From an uncultured Gemmatimonadaceae bacterium (GTDB taxonomy: Bacteria > Gemmatimonadota > Gemmatimonadetes > Longimicrobiales > RSA9), in assembly GCA_964410055.1 (NCBI GenBank), contig CAYPGK010000001.1, forward strand, positions 4,101 through 68,100: a stretch of DNA of 64,000 bases, written 5' to 3'. Below, piece after piece: positions 59,509 to 64,000 of this stretch. Within the stretch, counting starts at the first letter, position 1. Every line of letters begins with the position of its first letter. Position numbers and translations under genes: made by a program. Below the pieces are notes generated by a model, which was given only the letters and a program-made list of their open reading frames with translations, was not told where the DNA came from and ran no database searches.

Positions 59509-60531
59509 ATGGAGTCTCTCGCCGGCGCCGTCGTCGCGTTCCTGATGAGTGGCGTCGTCGTGGCGGCGGCCGGGATCACCCTTGCGCGGAGCGGCGAGGT
59601 GATCGCGGCGCGAACGCGGTTCGGCGGGCTCTGGGTCGGCTCCATCTTCCTCGCCGCGGCGACGTCGGCGCCCGAGCTGCTGACCGACATCGCCGCGATT
59701 CGTCTGGGCGTGCCCGACCTGGCCGCGGGCGACCTCTTCGGCAGCAATCTGGCGAACATGCTCGTCCTGGCGGTGGTCGCGCTCCTGCCGGGCGCAGAGC
59801 CGTTTCGGGAGACCGCAGTCGAGCACGGCTTCTCTGCTTCCCTTGCCATCGTCATGGCTGGCATCGCCGGGACGGCCGTCCTGGTCGAGCCCGACGTCCA
59901 CCTCTTCGGGATCGGGCCCGGTTCCGCCCTGCTCCTCCTGGTCTACCTCGTCGGCGCCCGCGTGCTCTATCGCCAGAGCACGGCGCTCCAGAAGAAGCAA
60001 GTCGCCGAGGAGATGGCGGAGGCCATGGCAGCCGGCCCGACCGATCGGCGGCTCCCATCACTGCGTCGCGCGGTGTTCGCTTTCCTGGTGGCGGTGCTCG
60101 TGGTCGCCGTCGCGGCGCCGGTCTTCGCGGCCACGGCGGAGCGGATCGCGGTGCTGACCGGGGCCGGGACGACGTTCGTGGGCACCTGGCTCGTCGGGAT
60201 GGCGACCTCGCTGCCGGAGCTGTCCACCTCGCTAGCCGCTGCGCGGATCGGCGCGACCAGTCTAGCCGTGGGCAACCTGTTCGGCAGCAATGCGCTGAAC
60301 ATGGCGCTCTTCGTACCGCTGGACCTGGCGAACGGGAGCGCACCGATTCTGGCGGTGATCGACACCGCGCACGCGCTCACGGCTCTCATCGGGATCGTGC
60401 TCATGGCGACCGCGCTCGCGGCGATCACCTACAGCGCCGAGCGGCGGACGCGGGCCATCGAGCCGATCGCCCTTCTCATGATCTTCCTGTACGCAGCCGG
60501 GATCGTGACGTTATACTTGTACGACCGCTGA
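59509..60531 (+). CDS. Ca2+/cation antiporter (CaCA / sodium-calcium exchanger family)
   Basis: Two alpha-repeats GDLFGSNLANMLVL and GNLFGSNALNMALF. About 10 TM. Confidence 0.9.
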   Translation: MESLAGAVVAFLMSGVVVAAAGITLARSGEVIAARTRFGGLWVGSIFLAAATSAPELLTDIAAIRLGVPDLAAGDLFGSNLANMLVLAVVALLPGAEPFRETAVEHGFSASLAIVMAGIAGTAVLVEPDVHLFGIGPGSALLLLVYLVGARVLYRQSTALQKKQVAEEMAEAMAAGPTDRRLPSLRRAVFAFLVAVLVVAVAAPVFAATAERIAVLTGAGTTFVGTWLVGMATSLPELSTSLAAARIGATSLAVGNLFGSNALNMALFVPLDLANGSAPILAVIDTAHALTALIGIVLMATALAAITYSAERRTRAIEPIALLMIFLYAAGIVTLYLYDR

Positions 60532-60552
60532 GGCGAAGGGCGCGACCGATTG

Positions 60553-60576
60553 CCGGCCCGGGCACACTCGGGCCGG
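60553..60576 (+). terminator. stem-loop after the CaCA antiporter gene
   Basis: CCGGCCCG-8 nt-CGGGCCGG, with a weak T-containing tail. Confidence 0.4.
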
Positions 60577-60843
60577 TACGTGTGTAGAGAGCCCCCGAGG
60601 TCCAGACGCGACTGCGGTGTCGCGCCCGGCGTCACAGGCCTGGCGCATTGAGCGTCCCCTAAGTATGGAGCGGGTTCCGGCCGACCACCGGAACCGCGTC
60701 ATGTCGTGGCACTCCCCATGCGTGGCCCACCGCTCCCCGACGCCACTGGCGACCTCGCCACACCGGCCCCTGGCCAAGGGCAGGGGCGGACATTCGCCGA
60801 TGGTATGGTTCTGCTCCCATCCGAGAGGTCATACGGGTACTCC

Positions 60844-61449
60844 ATGAGAAAGTCCATCGTAATCCCTGTCGCCTGCTGCGCGCTGATGCTGATTGCACCG
60901 GCCCGGCTGGCCGCCCAACTCCCGGGCGCACTCTCGGTCGAAGCGCGCCTGGGCGGCGCGTTCGCGACGGGCGAGTTCAGCAATCCGGGCCAGGCGCTGG
61001 AGGCCGGCTCGGGGTACTTCGGCAGCGTGAGCGGCAGGCTGGGGCTGCTCCCGAACCTGTCCGTCTACGTCGGCTACGAGCGCGCGCAGATGGGGTGTGA
61101 CGCGTGCATTGCCACCCAGCTCGATGACGTACTCGTCGACGACGGGTTCGGCGCCGGGGCGATCATGGACCTTCCGCTCGGCCCGCCGGGCCTCTCGCCG
61201 TGGGTGCGCGCCGGACTGGTCCGGCGGCAGCTCAAGATGTCGGGCGACGGCGAGACGATGGCCTCGAAGCCCGGGATCGGCTTCGATCTCGGCGCCGGGA
61301 TCACGCTGCCGCTGACCGGCCCCTTCCAGATCACGCCGGGGCTGCGCTACGTCCGCTATCCGGCCGAGTTCGAATTCACCAGCGTGCCCAACCGGTCCAT
61401 CGATGTTTCGCACGTCGGCGTGGATGTAGGGCTCACCTACCAATTCTGA
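60844..61449 (+). CDS. small outer-membrane beta-barrel protein
   Basis: ATG 60844. Signal peptide ending ARLAAQ. Alternating beta-strand pattern. C-terminal VGLTYQF with terminal Phe. Confidence 0.7.
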   Translation: MRKSIVIPVACCALMLIAPARLAAQLPGALSVEARLGGAFATGEFSNPGQALEAGSGYFGSVSGRLGLLPNLSVYVGYERAQMGCDACIATQLDDVLVDDGFGAGAIMDLPLGPPGLSPWVRAGLVRRQLKMSGDGETMASKPGIGFDLGAGITLPLTGPFQITPGLRYVRYPAEFEFTSVPNRSIDVSHVGVDVGLTYQF

Positions 61450-61463
61450 ATCGGGTGTGAATC

Positions 61464-63218
61464 ATGGCGATCAAACGGAAGTTGGCGGTGGGCCTGCTGG
61501 CTGCCGTGCCGGTGCTGGCCGGCTGCGATGCGGAGACCACGACGGCGCCCGGCCTCGAGATGAAGGTCCACAGTCTCCTCGGCGGGCTGGAGCCGGGCGA
61601 GACGTACTTGCTGTCGGGCGCGGACGCCGCGTCGATCCCGCTCTTCGGCGGTGCGAACGGCGCGGAGTACCTGGTCGTGCCGTTCTATCTGGCGAATACC
61701 AGTGACGAACTGGACCTGGCGATCCGCGGCCAGGGCGCAGCGGCATCGGCGCCGCTCCTGGCGCACGCGCCGGAGCCGGCCGGCGAGCCGCGGCGGATGC
61801 TCGGCCGGGAGACGGCCGTCGGCGCGTTCGGGTCGGGCTCCGACTTCGGGCAAAGCATCGCCGCGTCCCATCGCGCCCACGAGCAGCTCCGCACGCGCAT
61901 GCGTCGGGAGACGTCGGAGCTCATGCGCCGCGGCGCCGCGAATCCGGTGCGGCTGCGGACGTCCGTCGCCGCGGCGCCCGCGCACAAGCTGTTCGCGAAC
62001 GCGGCCGTCGGAGATGAGGTCTCGATCAACGTCCAGACGGACCGGGCGTGCGAGGACCCGAAGTACCGCACCGGCAAGGTGGTGGCGATATCCAAGCACG
62101 CCATCCTCGTGGCGGACGAGCAGAACCCGGCGGGCGGCTTCGACGAGAGCCACTACCGGGCGTTCGCCGCCGAGTTCGATGGGCTGGTGCACCCCGTGGT
62201 AACCCGCACGTTCGGCGAGCCGACCGACATCGATGGCAACGGCAAGGTCGTCATCTTCTTCACCTCGGCCGTCAACGACCTGACGCCGCCGGGCTCGAGG
62301 GGGACCATCGTCGGCTTTTTCTACGCCCGCGATCTGTTCCCGAAGAGCGGAAGCGTGGAGTGCGAAGGGAGCAACGAGGCCGAGATGTTCTACATCATGG
62401 CACCGGACCCGGAGCGCGCCAAGGAGGAACCGCTCTTCTCGGTCGAAAACGTCGAGTACCTGGCGATGGGCGTCATCGCGCACGAGTACCAGCACCTGAT
62501 CAACGCGGCCCGGCGAATCTACGTGAACAACGCCGATGCCCTCGAGGAGGTCTGGCTCGACGAGGCGCTGAGCCACGTGGCCGAGGAGCTGGTCTTCTAC
62601 GAAGCGGCAGGGATGGGGCCGCGGCGGGACATCGACCTCGACGACATCTTCGCCTCCGACACCCGCCTGAACGCGGTCAACAAGTACATGATCGACAATC
62701 TCGCGAAATACGGGATCTTCCTGGAGGAGGTCGAGGGGGCGTCGGTCTTCGACCACGACCTGGCCGGGCGCGGCGCGAGCTGGGCGTTCATACGCTACGT
62801 GGCGGACCGGAGCGGGAAGTCCGACGCGGACTTCTTCTACGAGCTGGTCAACAGCACCCTGACCGGCAGGACCAACGTGAGTCGGGCGGCCGGGGAGAGC
62901 ATGGAGGAACTCACCCGTGACTGGTCGGTCTCGGTTTTCACGGACAACTACGTGCTCGGTCTCCCGGACCGGTACCGGCAGCCGAGCTGGGACTTCCGGT
63001 CGCTCCTCCCGGCGATCAATGTCTTTGGTGGCAAATTCCCGCTTTCCTACCGCACGTTCAACGCCGACCGCGCGGAGAACGTGCCGCTCCGGGGCGGCGG
63101 CACGGCGTTCGTCCGCGTGCCGGTCGATGCGGCATCGCGGGCACTGCTGGAGACGACGAAGCACGGTGGCGGCACGCCGCCGGACGGTCTGTTGATGACC
63201 GTGCTGCGCATCCGCTGA
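61464..63218 (+). CDS. HExxH zinc-metalloprotease lipoprotein (M30/hyicolysin-like by motif)
   Basis: Lipobox VLAGC. VIAHEYQHLIN followed by WLDEALSHVAEE (third-ligand Glu candidate). Family assignment by motif memory only. Confidence 0.7.
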   Translation: MAIKRKLAVGLLAAVPVLAGCDAETTTAPGLEMKVHSLLGGLEPGETYLLSGADAASIPLFGGANGAEYLVVPFYLANTSDELDLAIRGQGAAASAPLLAHAPEPAGEPRRMLGRETAVGAFGSGSDFGQSIAASHRAHEQLRTRMRRETSELMRRGAANPVRLRTSVAAAPAHKLFANAAVGDEVSINVQTDRACEDPKYRTGKVVAISKHAILVADEQNPAGGFDESHYRAFAAEFDGLVHPVVTRTFGEPTDIDGNGKVVIFFTSAVNDLTPPGSRGTIVGFFYARDLFPKSGSVECEGSNEAEMFYIMAPDPERAKEEPLFSVENVEYLAMGVIAHEYQHLINAARRIYVNNADALEEVWLDEALSHVAEELVFYEAAGMGPRRDIDLDDIFASDTRLNAVNKYMIDNLAKYGIFLEEVEGASVFDHDLAGRGASWAFIRYVADRSGKSDADFFYELVNSTLTGRTNVSRAAGESMEELTRDWSVSVFTDNYVLGLPDRYRQPSWDFRSLLPAINVFGGKFPLSYRTFNADRAENVPLRGGGTAFVRVPVDAASRALLETTKHGGGTPPDGLLMTVLRIR

Positions 63219-63251
63219 GTCGCGGCGCGATCGGCGCGAATCCGGACGAAC

Positions 63252-63285
63252 ACGGCCCCCGCGGCAGGAGCGCCGCGGGGGCCGT
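63252..63285. terminator. bidirectional stem-loop between the convergent metalloprotease and 63334..63906 genes
   Basis: 14-bp perfect stem ACGGCCCCCGCGGC/GCCGCGGGGGCCGT, 6-nt loop, then TGTCAT. Confidence 0.7.
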
Positions 63286-63333
63286 TGTCATCCCGGTCTT
63301 CCGAGTCCACGCGACCGAAACGCCCGGCGGCGT

Positions 63334-63906
63334 CTACGATCCGCCGTTCGCCTCCGTCGAATCGGTGGGTTCCGGCTCGGGCTCCGGCTCGGCACGCCAG
63401 TCCTCGGCGCTTCGCAGCGTGTGGCGGCGAATCGTGCCGTGCACCAGGAACACCTCGTCCTCGCCGGCGAGGCGGAGGTAGACGGCGTCGTAGGACGGGC
63501 CGGCGTTGCCGACCAGGATCCGGACCGGTGCGCCGGCGCCGGTGCTCACCTCCAGGACGCGGGCGGTGCTGTCGCTCACGCCGAGCCGGTCGTGGTTGGC
63601 GGTGCTGGACGCGGCGAGGTGTCCGATGCGCGCTTCGCGGAGCGTGCGGAGCAGCCCGGCGACGAGGGCGGAGTCGGCGGGGTCATCGCCGATGGTCCAG
63701 CCTGCCTCTCCTCTGCGCAGCAGGATCGTGTCGCCGTCGGAGAGGATCCGGATCTCCCGCGCGTCGGTTCCGGCGCGCTCGAGCGCGCCGGCGAGCGGCC
63801 CGCCGTCCACCGCGCGGGGCGCGCCCGACCGTAGCGTTGCCGCCACCCAGAGGACGATCAGGACGGCGACCGCGGCGGCGATGGCTTTCAGCGTCTTCTC
63901 ACTCAT
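63334..63906 (-). CDS. membrane-anchored hypothetical protein (possibly DUF4340-like)
   Basis: N-terminal TM AIAAAVAVLIVLWVAA. 190 aa. C-terminal EPEPEPEP tail. The start overlaps the stop of the upstream partial gene. Confidence 0.6.
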   Translation of the reverse strand: MSEKTLKAIAAAVAVLIVLWVAATLRSGAPRAVDGGPLAGALERAGTDAREIRILSDGDTILLRRGEAGWTIGDDPADSALVAGLLRTLREARIGHLAASSTANHDRLGVSDSTARVLEVSTGAGAPVRILVGNAGPSYDAVYLRLAGEDEVFLVHGTIRRHTLRSAEDWRAEPEPEPEPTDSTEANGGS

Positions 63907-64000
63907 CGTGCACCTCCTCCCAACTCCTTCCGCTCAGCCGGCGGCGCTGCGCAACGCGGAGCGCACCGCCCAGCACGAAGAGGAGCGGCACGCCGACCAG
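63899..64000 (-). CDS. 3-prime end of a gene running off the window (TM helix plus basic tail; GldG-like C-terminus is a guess)
   Basis: Hand translation of the reverse strand gives ...LVGVPLLFVLGGALRVAQRRRLSGRSWEEVHDE-stop. The TGA at 63899-63901 overlaps the next ATG (ATGAGTGA). Confidence 0.35.
   Translation of the reverse strand: MVGVPLLFVLGGALRVAQRRRLSGRSWEEVHDE

Overview
Very GC-rich (visibly about 70%) bacterial chromosomal window with about 53 protein-coding genes. I found no rRNA, tRNA, CRISPR array, transposase or integrase. The gene content (SusC/SusD pair, many secreted peptidases and beta-propeller lipoproteins, ThuA/PVC-type dehydrogenase) resembles Gemmatimonadota-like organisms, but that placement is inference only. 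Layout: 0-19 kb holds housekeeping and envelope genes (degenerate DEAD-box helicase homologue, AGCS symporter, SLT transglycosylase, LMW-PTP plus fructosamine-kinase pair, large PAS/GAF histidine kinase, aminotransferase, M28 peptidase, OsmC, ECF sigma factor, saccharopine dehydrogenase). 19-51.5 kb is a contiguous nutrient-acquisition block. It contains an OCD/DapA-like operon, a six-gene operon cupin-UPF0261-PEP-hydrolase-like-GlcDEF, SusC/SusD, a stand-alone plug lipoprotein with an FG-GAP lipoprotein, an S9 DPP-IV-like peptidase, DUF885, an MFS transporter, a ThuA/dehydrogenase lipoprotein with a separately encoded cupredoxin, and a GntR-led hydroxyproline catabolic operon. 51.5-64 kb holds PBP1A, a paaA-paaD(N)-paaB-paaC-paaD(C) cluster, a Ca2+/cation antiporter, and an OMP plus HExxH-lipoprotein pair. 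The most interesting signals are: (1) a 13-bp dyad (GGATA-N3-TATCC family) present seven times, only in promoter regions of the 19-46 kb block, suggesting one regulon; (2) the uncharacterised Tm-1-like pair fused into an operon with GlcDEF; (3) a split PaaD, no PaaE, and a perfect PaaR-type palindrome; (4) a heme-less PVC-type dehydrogenase paired with an azurin-type cupredoxin; (5) a catalytically degenerate DEAD-box protein. All family calls come from motif recognition by eye, and no database search was run. Start codons are best guesses. The many long antisense ORFs in the track are treated as GC artefacts.
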